Assembly: GCA_965205865.1 (NCBI GenBank)
Contig: CBDBHR010000006.1
Location: 1-23,081 of the forward strand
Direction of reading: 5' to 3'
From: a bacterium
GTDB taxonomy: Bacteria; SAR324; NAC60-12
Length of the DNA: 23,081 nucleotides
How positions within the stretch are numbered: the stretch's first letter is position 1; every line of letters begins with the position of its first letter. Below are positions 8,915-17,806 of the stretch, in pieces. The notes beneath the pieces are model-generated. The model was given only the letters and a program-made list of their open reading frames with translations. It was not told the origin of the DNA and ran no database searches. Both the position numbers and the translations under genes were made by a program.

Positions 8915-10748
8915 GATCCTAGCCGAAAAGGTATTTTTTAGAATTATATCTTTAACTTGAGGTTAGAAAGTGCCATAATTCATTGAAATAACTGTGAATA
9001 ACTTCAATATTAAGAATTATGGCACCCAAAATGAAACCATTCATTCGAGCAGAAAAACATCTTTTTTTAAGCGCTCCTGATACAGAATTTGAAAATTTCT
9101 TATCAGAACTTGATCAATTGTCTGAGCGAGAGCCGGAGATATTGGACAAAATTGAACAGGATTTGGAGAAATACGCAAGAAATAAAAAGAAAGAGCGTTT
9201 AGAGGATAAACGATGGCAGGAAGCCCGGAATCCATGGCTTCCTCATCTTCCCGTAGAAGATGAGGAATTGAAGCCGGAAGAACTGAGGCTGGAAATAGGG
9301 TGTCCTCGGATGTCGGCTTTTTTAGTCTACCTTTTTATGATGATTCGGGGATATTTAGGAAGTATCAAATCCCAAACGGCCCAAATATTTCTTTCAGAGT
9401 CAATCACACTGCATCTGCTTCTGCTCAACCGTGGATTGAAAATGCCGGGAGCGAGTACAATCCTTGATAATGTCAATGCTGTCAGCAACGAGACCAGACA
9501 GTTTATTTTCGATGCTCAAATTCGAATGGTTCTCAATGAAGAGTTGGACGATTTTGATATTTTAAAACTGGATAGCACCTCTGTAAAAGGAAATACAGCT
9601 TGGCCTACTGATTCGTCGATATTGACTCGTCTCGTGGAGCGAAGCTACCATCGAGGGCGTTCCCTTGATACATTTGGAATCGCTGAGATCAGTGAAAGAA
9701 ATTTTGATTTCCTCATCAAGGAGATGAATAAGCTCTCTAAGATGATTGCTTTTGAGACAGGTAAAAAGGACAGTAAAACGAAGCGAAAAAAACATTACAA
9801 AACCCTATTGAAGAAAGCTCAAAGCGCTCATGGGAAATTTTTAAAAGAAATGGCAAAGGTGGATATCCGTGCCCAAAAAGCTCTTCTCCCCCCTTCTCGG
9901 AAAACGCGTTTGATTCGCCTCATTGAAATGATGAATGAAGATATTTCTAATTTGCAACGGGTAATCATCTACTGTCATCAAAGAGTTTTTGAAGAAAAGA
10001 AGGTTCCTTCTACTGAGAAAGTATTGAGTCTTTCCGATCAGAGCTCGGCTTATATTCAAAAGGGAGATCGAGAAGCGCTTATCGGATATAAGCCTCAATT
10101 AGGAAGGAGCGGAAATGGTTTTATTTCCGTGTTAATTACTCCGGAGGGCAATGCTGCTGATTCAGGGCAACTCGACCCTGCCCTTGTTGAACATTTGCGA
10201 TGCACCATCACCATTCCCTCTGAAGTGAGCCTTGATGATGGATATGCCAATCAGGCGATCAGAGAAAAGTGGATGGGCAAAGGCGTTAAGGTTTTTAGTA
10301 TTAGTGGGGCAAAGGGAAAAAAGATGACCCCGATTGAAGAATGGGAAAGTGAAATCTATTTGGAATCACGAAATGGAAGATCTGCTGCAGAGTCGTTGAT
10401 GTTTCATCTTAAGCATCGTTTCCATTTCGGACAAGTTATGCGCAGAGGGATTGAAAACGTTCGGGCAGAGTTGCTGGAAAAAGCATTAACCTATAATTTT
10501 TGCAAAATGATTGAGTTGAAAAAAAGACAACTCAAACAAGCGGCCTGAATATTCAATGGGGGAGTGTGAAATATGAGCAGGGGCGAGGAAAGTATGTCCA
10601 AAAAAGATTTTTTCCCTATAAAAACTGTGCTGTGGGCGAATAAAAAACAAAAATAAATCGTTTTCTCGTCATATTGAATCAAATAGAGAATCAAATAGAA
10701 TCCAATCGGTTATATTTACTATTTTCGAAACCCTTTTCGGCTAGGGTC
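8915..10748 (+). mobile_element. IS copy 2 (1834 bp), same orientation as copy 1
   Basis: Same IRs; differences seen: A2186/T9064, G2616/C9494 and a 2-bp length change in the 3' A-tract; flanks TAGCTC (left) and TAGCTA (right). Confidence 0.95.
9019..10548 (+). CDS. DDE transposase, 509 aa (second copy)
   Basis: Matches 2141-3670 except HLILS to HLFLS and NESRQ to NETRQ. Confidence 0.92.
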   Translation: MAPKMKPFIRAEKHLFLSAPDTEFENFLSELDQLSEREPEILDKIEQDLEKYARNKKKERLEDKRWQEARNPWLPHLPVEDEELKPEELRLEIGCPRMSAFLVYLFMMIRGYLGSIKSQTAQIFLSESITLHLLLLNRGLKMPGASTILDNVNAVSNETRQFIFDAQIRMVLNEELDDFDILKLDSTSVKGNTAWPTDSSILTRLVERSYHRGRSLDTFGIAEISERNFDFLIKEMNKLSKMIAFETGKKDSKTKRKKHYKTLLKKAQSAHGKFLKEMAKVDIRAQKALLPPSRKTRLIRLIEMMNEDISNLQRVIIYCHQRVFEEKKVPSTEKVLSLSDQSSAYIQKGDREALIGYKPQLGRSGNGFISVLITPEGNAADSGQLDPALVEHLRCTITIPSEVSLDDGYANQAIREKWMGKGVKVFSISGAKGKKMTPIEEWESEIYLESRNGRSAAESLMFHLKHRFHFGQVMRRGIENVRAELLEKALTYNFCKMIELKKRQLKQAA

Positions 10749-11016
10749 TAGCTACCGTAGCGGGGATATTCTGCTATTCAAAATGCTAACTATTCACGCT
10801 GCGGCTGCCAACGTCACGCCGGATGTCTTGCGACTTTCTGTTGATTTTCGATATACTGGTGAAAGTCACGTGATAGCTGAGGACTGGCTCCTCCCTCACT
10901 CTAGTTCTCGAGGTGAACCATTTACCTGGGACACCTTAGAAAAAGAGTGGCGCGATAGCCCCATTGCCCACTACTGGGAACGGCTGCCTAAATTGAAAAC
11001 GAAACCCCATCAATAG
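10749..11016 (+). pseudogene. PhyH-family dioxygenase, 3' half
   Basis: Reads SYRSGDILLFKMLTIHAAAANVTPDVLRLSVDFRY (distal His and Arg motifs) directly after the IS end; joins the 5' half in frame through TAGCTA. Confidence 0.9.
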
Positions 11017-11032
11017 TTTTGGGAGAAATGAT

Positions 11033-11986
11033 ATGTCTGCCTACAAACCGATCACGCCTCCCAATAGAATTGCTGAGCAACAATTCGCCGCAAAACCTTG
11101 GTGGGTGTTTGCCTTGAAGCGACTCAATCCTGCGGCTTATACCTTTGTGATTCCTTTCTTGATCCTCTTCATTCTATTCAGGATTTATCCATTTTTGCTC
11201 GGCATAGTGACCAGTTTCACGAACGCTAAAATCGGGCCAAGACCGCCCAAGTATATTGGCTTCGACAACTACATCAATGCATTTAGCAATTCTGAAGTCC
11301 ACCGTGCTTTCATCGTCACCCTCCAGTACTCCATCATTGTGGTTCCAATGGCATTTTTTTTCGCTTTGTTCATGGCGGTCTATGTCAACCGGAAGTTAGC
11401 CACTCATACTTTTTCACGTTTGGTCTTCTTCGCGCCCTATGTCCTGGCAGCCACACTGGTGGCCATCATCTGGAACTGGATGTTTCAAACGCAATTTGGC
11501 CTGGTCAACGTGGGATTAGGGATGCTGGGGTTGCCCAGTCGGATTGCCTGGTTGAAGGAGCCGAATCTGGTTTTACCGGTAATCGCCTTTATTACAACCT
11601 GGTGGCAGGCGGGTTTCGGGATGGTGATCTTTCTTGCCGCGCTGCAAAGCATTCCCAATGAATTGGTCGAAGCCGCTCGCATTGACGGCGCGAATCCCTG
11701 GCAAGTCTTCTGGCGAATCACATTCCCCCTGTTGCTTCCCGCATCTACTTTAGTGATCACCATCACCCTCATCGAGGCAATGCGGGTTTTTAGTCTCATC
11801 CATATTATCACGCAGGGGGGCCCCAGTGATTACTCGACATCGGTAGTTTATTATATCTTCCATGTCGGCTTTACCCGCTATGAACAAGGTATGGCCGCAG
11901 CCGTTGGCGTCTTGCTTTTCTTAGTGATTATGATTTTGACTATCTTGCGTTTCACTTTGTTGCGTGGAGAGCAACGCTACTATTAG
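11033..11986 (+). CDS. Carbohydrate ABC transporter permease 1
   Basis: Multiple TM segments, IGFDNY, EAA loop LQSIPNELVEAARIDGA, TQGGP. Confidence 0.95.
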   Translation: MSAYKPITPPNRIAEQQFAAKPWWVFALKRLNPAAYTFVIPFLILFILFRIYPFLLGIVTSFTNAKIGPRPPKYIGFDNYINAFSNSEVHRAFIVTLQYSIIVVPMAFFFALFMAVYVNRKLATHTFSRLVFFAPYVLAATLVAIIWNWMFQTQFGLVNVGLGMLGLPSRIAWLKEPNLVLPVIAFITTWWQAGFGMVIFLAALQSIPNELVEAARIDGANPWQVFWRITFPLLLPASTLVITITLIEAMRVFSLIHIITQGGPSDYSTSVVYYIFHVGFTRYEQGMAAAVGVLLFLVIMILTILRFTLLRGEQRYY

Positions 11987-12002
11987 CCAGGATTTATGGG
12001 AC

Positions 12003-12860
12003 ATGAAATTTTTTAATGCCAGGCAAAAAAAACAAGTGCTCCCCTATGGAGTCGCCATCATAGGATTGGTGTTCACCATTTTATGGTTTTTCCCTTTATT
12101 GTGGATCATCCTTACCTCGATCAAACCGACGGGAGAAATCCTCACCAATCCGCCGCAATGGGTTCCGACTGAATTTATACTGGCACACTACGAGCGGGTT
12201 TTCGAAAAACCAATTGCGCAATGGACCTTCAACAGCCTTTACATTTCCATCGTTTCAACCGGAATGACGCTAATGATGGGAGCAGCCGCGGGTTATGCGT
12301 TTGCGCGGTTGCGATTTTTTGGACGCGATATATTATTTTGGCTGGTGCTCGCCTCTTTTATGATGCCCTTCGAAGTGATGCTGATTCCCTTGTATCGGAT
12401 GATGGGCAATTTTGAGCTGATTGGGACAAGGTGGTCTATTATTCTGCCCTCGGTTGCCAGCCCCTTTTCAATCTATTTATTCCGTCAGTTCTTCCTCAGC
12501 ATTCCCCGTGATTTGGAAGACGCAGCCGCCATCGATGGTGCCGGTCTCTGGGGGCGTTTCTACCGTATCGTACTGCCGTTATCCATACCGGCGTGCACCT
12601 CTGTGGGGATTCTGGCATTTGCTGAAAATTTCAACCAGTATCTCTGGCCTCTGATTATGAGCACTTCAGACACGGTGAGAACACTGCCTGTCGGGATCGC
12701 CCAGTTTTCGCCATCGCTCCGCGGGAGCACTAATATTACGGAATACTATGGTATGGGAGCGGCGGCGGCCTCACTGCTGGCCATTCCAAGCCTGATCGTT
12801 TTTTTGATATTGCAACGTTTTTTCATGAGCAATGTAATCACCTCAGGGATGAAAGGCTAA
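12003..12860 (+). CDS. Carbohydrate ABC transporter permease 2
   Basis: AGYAFARLRFFGR, LFRQFFLSIPRDLEDAAAIDGA; ATG at 12003 avoids overlap with permease 1. Confidence 0.93.
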   Translation: MKFFNARQKKQVLPYGVAIIGLVFTILWFFPLLWIILTSIKPTGEILTNPPQWVPTEFILAHYERVFEKPIAQWTFNSLYISIVSTGMTLMMGAAAGYAFARLRFFGRDILFWLVLASFMMPFEVMLIPLYRMMGNFELIGTRWSIILPSVASPFSIYLFRQFFLSIPRDLEDAAAIDGAGLWGRFYRIVLPLSIPACTSVGILAFAENFNQYLWPLIMSTSDTVRTLPVGIAQFSPSLRGSTNITEYYGMGAAAASLLAIPSLIVFLILQRFFMSNVITSGMKG

Positions 12861-12924
12861 CCTAATTCAGAGAACCCTTTCGAGATTAACTAGTACGCTT
12901 TGGCAAAGTCTGTGGTGATTCCTG

Positions 12925-14094
12925 ATGAAAAATAATTTGTACAAACTCCCCTTCACTCTCCAACAAGACGATCCTTTTGGAAAATTAGCGAAAGAGCATC
13001 CGATCAATCGTGAATCCCTGAAATTCGTATTTGTGCTTATTCCGGAATTCCCAATTTATGCGTTGATTCCGGCAATAGAAACTCTCAGGATTTGCAATAT
13101 TATTCTGAAGAAATTTTTTTTTTCATGGACGATGGTCAGCATGGGGGAACAAAGTGTGATATCCAGCAATGGCATACTCATCAACGTCGACAAGATATTG
13201 GACGAATCGGTGTTGGAGAGCGATATTCTGTTTGTTGTTTCAGGAAACAAACCCCAATTGTGTTTTGATCAAAAGCTGGCAAAAATTCTACAGCGCTTGA
13301 ATTTGAATAAACAAATCCTCGGGGGGATTGATACCGGCACTTTTGCCCTGGCCTACGCTCAATTGCTGAATGAAGGGGAATCCACCTTGCATTGGGAGGC
13401 GATCCCTCTCTTTAAGGAATTTTTTCCGGATGTCAGGGTCAAGGAATGTTTATTTTGCGTTCATGAAAATTGTGTCACCTGTGCCGGTGGCATGGCGACG
13501 GTGGATATGATGTTTCATTTGATCCATTCGTTCCTGGGCGGGGAAATAGCGGAATATGTGGCCAATGGGCTTGTTTATAATACCTGGCGCGACCATACGG
13601 ACGATCAACGGGTTCATCCCTTCCTGGGCAAGAAAAGGGCACAGGTGATCAATGGGTTGGTTCATAATACATGGCGTGACCATAGCTGGGATCAGCGGGG
13701 CCATCTGGAAGGGGAGAGTCAGAACGACCCCAACCTTCTCTGGATACGAATTTTACACTACATGGAAGATCATATAGAAAATCCTCTTCCACCCCAGGAA
13801 ATTGCAGAATTTTTCTACATGTCCCGCCGCAGTTTGGAAAGATTGTTCCGAAAATACGCAGGTGACAGTTATGCCAGGTGCTACTTAAAGCTGAGGCTGA
13901 ATTCTGCCTGTAACATGCTTTTTTACAGTGACATTTCCATCGCTTCCATTGCTTATGCCACGGGTTTTACCCCGTCTTCTTTTTCCAGATGCTTTCAAAA
14001 ACATTTCAATGTTTCCCCCAGAGCCTACCGACAAGCGAACCAAACCCGACGGCATAACGGACCGCAACCCATTTTTACAGGAACTGTTCAATGA
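12925..14094 (+). CDS. GlxA-family transcriptional regulator (DJ-1/GATase1-like domain plus AraC HTH)
   Basis: GGIDTGTFALA, TLHWE, TCAGG..VDM, then MSRRSLERLF and IAYATGF..SSFSRCFQKHFNVSPRAYR. Confidence 0.92.
   Translation: MKNNLYKLPFTLQQDDPFGKLAKEHPINRESLKFVFVLIPEFPIYALIPAIETLRICNIILKKFFFSWTMVSMGEQSVISSNGILINVDKILDESVLESDILFVVSGNKPQLCFDQKLAKILQRLNLNKQILGGIDTGTFALAYAQLLNEGESTLHWEAIPLFKEFFPDVRVKECLFCVHENCVTCAGGMATVDMMFHLIHSFLGGEIAEYVANGLVYNTWRDHTDDQRVHPFLGKKRAQVINGLVHNTWRDHSWDQRGHLEGESQNDPNLLWIRILHYMEDHIENPLPPQEIAEFFYMSRRSLERLFRKYAGDSYARCYLKLRLNSACNMLFYSDISIASIAYATGFTPSSFSRCFQKHFNVSPRAYRQANQTRRHNGPQPIFTGTVQ
13525..13704 (+). repeat. Diverged in-frame tandem duplication (30 aa + 29 aa) in the regulator
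   Basis: HSFLGGEIAEYVANGLVYNTWRDHTDDQRV and HPFLGKKRAQVINGLVHNTWRDHSWDQRG. Confidence 0.9.
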
Positions 14095-14268
14095 TCTCAG
14101 CGAAATATGGTGTCTCTAAAGAAGAAGTCCGACAATACCATCGACAGGAGTGGTTTGGCCCATTTACGCTCATTTCTGAATTAGAGATGGCTGAGATACG
14201 GTAAAAGATCGAGGGGTATTTCGCTCCCAACTACTTTCAATTATTCACATACTGCCACTCAGGAAATC

Positions 14269-15222
14269 ATGACCGATTATGAAAAATTGAAAAGCAAATT
14301 AGCAGGATGTTATGTGACGATTCCCACTATGTTTCACGACGAGGATCTCTCCTTGGATGCGGAGTCGATGAAATCCCATGTCCATTACTTAATTGGGAGA
14401 GGAATGCGTGCTGAAAACGCGGTTTTTCTTGCTGGCGGAGCAGCAGGCGATTTTTCCACCATGACATTTGGTGAACGGGTTGCAGTGACAAAAGCTATTA
14501 TTGAAGCAACTCGAGGAAGAGTGCCGGTAGCGATGGGAGGGCAAACCACCAATACCCTGGAGTTGGTCAAACTCATCAAAACCGCTGCGGACATCGGGGC
14601 GGATTACGTGCAAATTTCGCCTCCTTATTACTTCACTCATACCGAAGAGGATTTTTATGAATTCGCGATGGCGGGAGCAAAGGCCTCTAAAGAAATCGGT
14701 ATTATTATGTATAACACATTTTGGACAAGCACCAATATCAGCAATTCTCTGGTTGAGAAACTGGCGGAAATCCCCAATATCGTTGGCTTGAAATGGGCCG
14801 TACCGCGTACCGATGCGATGGAATTCGAGACGGTATGTGCCAAGTATTCCCATCGTTTTTGCATCATCGACAACAATCTCTTATTCAATATCAGTTTTAT
14901 GATGGGAGCAAAAGCGATAGAAGTGCATGCCTGCAATTACTGGCCGGAACTGGGAATAAAAATGTATGAAGATCTGAAAAATAAAAATTACCAAGAGGTT
15001 CAAAACGATTTGATTGAAAAGATCATGCCGTTTTATCACCTTTGGGCGCAAATCGAACAAGAGTATACCAGTGGAGACGGATATCTCGATAAACTGTGCA
15101 TGGAACTGGTTGGGCTGCCATCGAGCTGGTGCCGCCCACCCACCCGCGATATCCGTCAAAAATACAAAGACCAAACCAGAAATATGATGCTCCGCTCTGG
15201 TGTTCCGGGAGTGTTGGCCTGA
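14269..15222 (+). CDS. DHDPS/N-acetylneuraminate-lyase family class I aldolase or dehydratase
   Basis: IPTMF, GGAAGDFSTMTFGER, GRVPVAMG, SPPYY, MYN, PNIVGLKW (Schiff-base Lys). Confidence 0.9.
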   Translation: MTDYEKLKSKLAGCYVTIPTMFHDEDLSLDAESMKSHVHYLIGRGMRAENAVFLAGGAAGDFSTMTFGERVAVTKAIIEATRGRVPVAMGGQTTNTLELVKLIKTAADIGADYVQISPPYYFTHTEEDFYEFAMAGAKASKEIGIIMYNTFWTSTNISNSLVEKLAEIPNIVGLKWAVPRTDAMEFETVCAKYSHRFCIIDNNLLFNISFMMGAKAIEVHACNYWPELGIKMYEDLKNKNYQEVQNDLIEKIMPFYHLWAQIEQEYTSGDGYLDKLCMELVGLPSSWCRPPTRDIRQKYKDQTRNMMLRSGVPGVLA

Positions 15223-15329
15223 TAAAAAGTCGTCAGTCCCCAATCGTAACGAGCCAGGGAAGATGGTACGGTTTTCTTGACGGGGGTCGTCTGAATGAAA
15301 AAAGCAGAAGAAATAACAGAGCTGAGATT

Positions 15330-15365
15330 CCCCTCACCCTGACCCTCTCCCTCCGGGGGAGAGGG
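15330..15365. repeat. REP-like palindromic element
   Basis: CCCCTCACCCTGA followed by a 9-bp stem CCCTCTCCC-TCCGG-GGGAGAGGG; resembles a widespread extragenic repeat type. Confidence 0.75.
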
Positions 15366-15392
15366 AACATCTAAATAATTGGAGCGTGGTTG

Positions 15393-16325
15393 ATGGAAAT
15401 TTACCTATCCTTTGAACTGAATGAGCCACAAATCACCCGTTTGCGAAAGCTTACAGAAAACGGACGCCTTCATATACGCGCCGATTACGATGATAATGCG
15501 GAGATTGATCCGGCGTTTGCGGATTGTGAAGTGGTATTTGGTAACGTACCGGCTGCGTGGCTGGAGAAAACATCCAAGCTGAGATGGGTACAGCTTGAAT
15601 CTGTCGGCTTCGGTGAATACCGAAATCTGGATTGGTCAGTGTTGGAAAAGCAGATCACGATAACCAATCTGGCAGGCTTTTTTTCAGATCCTGTTGCGCA
15701 ATCAACCTTGGCGGGAATACTGGCGCACTTTCGTGGTATTGATCAATTGGTGCTGCTGAAGCACAAAAAGGAGTGGGTGGGTGACCCAATTCGTGAGGAG
15801 TTGCGAAGCCTGACCGGAGTAGACGTTGTGTTATTCGGTTACGGTTCAATCAACCAACGCTTGGCTGAACTTTTGACTCCATACCAGTGCCAGATCACTC
15901 ATTTTGGCAGTGACTGGACACCGGCTCAACTCGATCAGGCATTGGCCGTGGCTGATATTGTGGTTTGCACGGTGCCGGAAACCAACGCCACCATCAGGGT
16001 TTTTGAGCAGGCACGTCTGGATTTGCTCAAAAAGGATGCATTGTTTGTCAATGTCGGACGCGGGTCTGTAATTGACGAGCAAGCACTCGCGGTAACACTC
16101 GAAAACCACGAGATCGGCGGGGCTGTCATTGATGTCACCCTGGAGGAACCATTACCGGATGAACATCCGTTCTGGACTGCACCAAACATGATTCTTACCC
16201 AACACAGCGGAGGGGGGAGTCGAGATGAACTCGATCGCAAAATTGACATATTTGCCGAAAACCTTGCGCGCTACAGTGCAGGAAAAACGTTGCTCAGTGT
16301 GGTAGATTTTGAGAGAGGATATTAA
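15393..16325 (+). CDS. D-isomer-specific 2-hydroxyacid dehydrogenase
   Basis: LRWVQLESVG, GYGSI, VNVGRGSVIDE, IDVTLEEPLP, LTQHSGG; start at 15390 (TTG) or 15393 (ATG). Confidence 0.93.
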   Translation: MEIYLSFELNEPQITRLRKLTENGRLHIRADYDDNAEIDPAFADCEVVFGNVPAAWLEKTSKLRWVQLESVGFGEYRNLDWSVLEKQITITNLAGFFSDPVAQSTLAGILAHFRGIDQLVLLKHKKEWVGDPIREELRSLTGVDVVLFGYGSINQRLAELLTPYQCQITHFGSDWTPAQLDQALAVADIVVCTVPETNATIRVFEQARLDLLKKDALFVNVGRGSVIDEQALAVTLENHEIGGAVIDVTLEEPLPDEHPFWTAPNMILTQHSGGGSRDELDRKIDIFAENLARYSAGKTLLSVVDFERGY

Positions 16326-17554
16326 TGCCCAACATTCAACAAGTCAGATGCGTCTTACTCAGTTCCTCCTATGCTGGTGCCGATGATCCGGAAATCAAAG
16401 AATGTTTCCCCAATGGTCCGAAGCGGACCGTGGGTATGGTCGAAGTCACGCTTGATAATGGCGTTACCGGTCTTGGCGAAGGTTATATGGCGGTATTTGC
16501 ACCCAAGGTGTTTCAAGCGATCGTAGAATTGACCACTCCTTATGTGCTTGGTAAGGATGCGTTTGCAATCGAAGATCGGGTCAGGGATTTGTGCAGTGTT
16601 TGTGATTATTGGTCGCAGCAAGGCGCTGCTCGTCATGTCACCAGCGCCTACGAGATTGCGCTGGTAGATGCAAAAGCCAAATCGCAAGGCGTTCCGGCTT
16701 ATGAACTTTTAGGTGGAACTGAGAGTGAGTCTATCCGGATCTATGGAAGTGGTGGCTGCTGCGATGCGAAGGAGCAGTTTGAGCGAGAACTGGATTTATT
16801 AGATTCGTTGGGAATAGAATTGTATAAAATACGAGCGGTCAAGGGAGATATCTATCGCACAGCTTGGGCTCTTGAGGCGGCAGGGCAGCGCGGCGTCCGG
16901 GTGGGGATCGATATGTGCCAGAATCTTGCCGATCCGCCGCAGGAGGTCGACGATGTGGTGGGCTATGTCGAAGCGGTACGAAAACTCACCGACAGATCTA
17001 TCTTGTTTCTGGAAGAGGCTATCGGCCCCGATTGTCCGGAAGGGTTCAAAGAACTGCGTTCACGAGTGGATATCAAGATTTGCGGTGGAGAAATCATTAC
17101 CACTCCGAAGGAGATGATCCATCGTATCCAGGATGAGGTCTATGATTTTGTACAACCGGATGCCTCGGTAATCGGTGGTATTAGCGCAGTAATGGATATA
17201 TTCTCGGCAGGTCATGCGCATGGTACGGAGGTGGTTGTACATGCCTGGGGGGGCGCCGTTGCCATTATGGCAAGTTATCATGCGGCCTTTGCGGCGGATG
17301 GCGAATTGGTGGAGTATCCTATGCTCGATTTTCCCCTCGGTCGGGAGATGATGGGAGATCAAGGTAAAATTGTACAAGGTCGCTTGCTGAAACCCTCCGC
17401 GCCCGGTCTCGGTATCACGCTTACATCCGCGCCCGGTCTCGGTATCACGCTTACACCCGAGATGGAAGCCAGCTATCCATTTGACAAAACCGCCGTGTAC
17501 TCTTGCATGTTACATGACTGGGGGCCGCCACCCGATAGTTACTGGAATTCATGA
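16325..17554 (+). CDS. Mandelate racemase/muconate lactonizing enzyme (enolase superfamily) protein
   Basis: GVTGLGE, EIALVDAKAK..GVPAYELLGG, YKIR, metal ligands IDM/LEE/GGE, VQPD, VVHAW, PGLG; TAATG overlap with the upstream gene. Confidence 0.93.
   Translation: MPNIQQVRCVLLSSSYAGADDPEIKECFPNGPKRTVGMVEVTLDNGVTGLGEGYMAVFAPKVFQAIVELTTPYVLGKDAFAIEDRVRDLCSVCDYWSQQGAARHVTSAYEIALVDAKAKSQGVPAYELLGGTESESIRIYGSGGCCDAKEQFERELDLLDSLGIELYKIRAVKGDIYRTAWALEAAGQRGVRVGIDMCQNLADPPQEVDDVVGYVEAVRKLTDRSILFLEEAIGPDCPEGFKELRSRVDIKICGGEIITTPKEMIHRIQDEVYDFVQPDASVIGGISAVMDIFSAGHAHGTEVVVHAWGGAVAIMASYHAAFAADGELVEYPMLDFPLGREMMGDQGKIVQGRLLKPSAPGLGITLTSAPGLGITLTPEMEASYPFDKTAVYSCMLHDWGPPPDSYWNS
17396..17455 (+). repeat. 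Perfect 30-bp in-frame tandem duplication (SAPGLGITLT x2)
   Basis: TCCGCGCCCGGTCTCGGTATCACGCTTACA at 17396 and 17426. Confidence 0.95.
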
Positions 17555-17623
17555 TATCATGGCAATTTTGCTTGAACCCCTGATATCATGGCATGATATC
17601 ATGGCAATTTTGCTTGAACCCCT
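17550..17623. repeat. Compound direct repeat at the gene end
   Basis: CATGATATCATGGCAATTTTGCTTGAACCCCT at 17550 and 17592, with a partial TGATATCATGGCA at 17581. Confidence 0.9.
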
Positions 17624-17806
17624 CAGCCTGCCCTAGTCACTACGGTTGCTAAAACTTGTTCTCTTTGGGGATTCCGCTTTATAGTGTTTCTCACTTCTGT
17701 TCAAAATTTTGCTTCAAAATACCAATTTGCTTCATGTTGGTGGACAGCCAGCCTATGAAGCCACTGTTCGCAAATGGATAACCCGTCAAATAATTTATTT
17801 GCTGGA

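Noticed and set aside
2037-10748. Composite transposon inserted as a unit with cargo 3869-8914
   Set aside because: The outer flanks differ (TATCTA vs TAGCTA) and belong to different genes, and the cargo continues in frame into the gene outside copy 2, so it is local DNA.
10783-11016. Independent 77-aa small protein
   Set aside because: It is the 3' half of the split phyH-like gene.
17550-17623. CRISPR mini-array
   Set aside because: Only two full units, separated by repeat-derived sequence, with no unique spacers and no cas genes.
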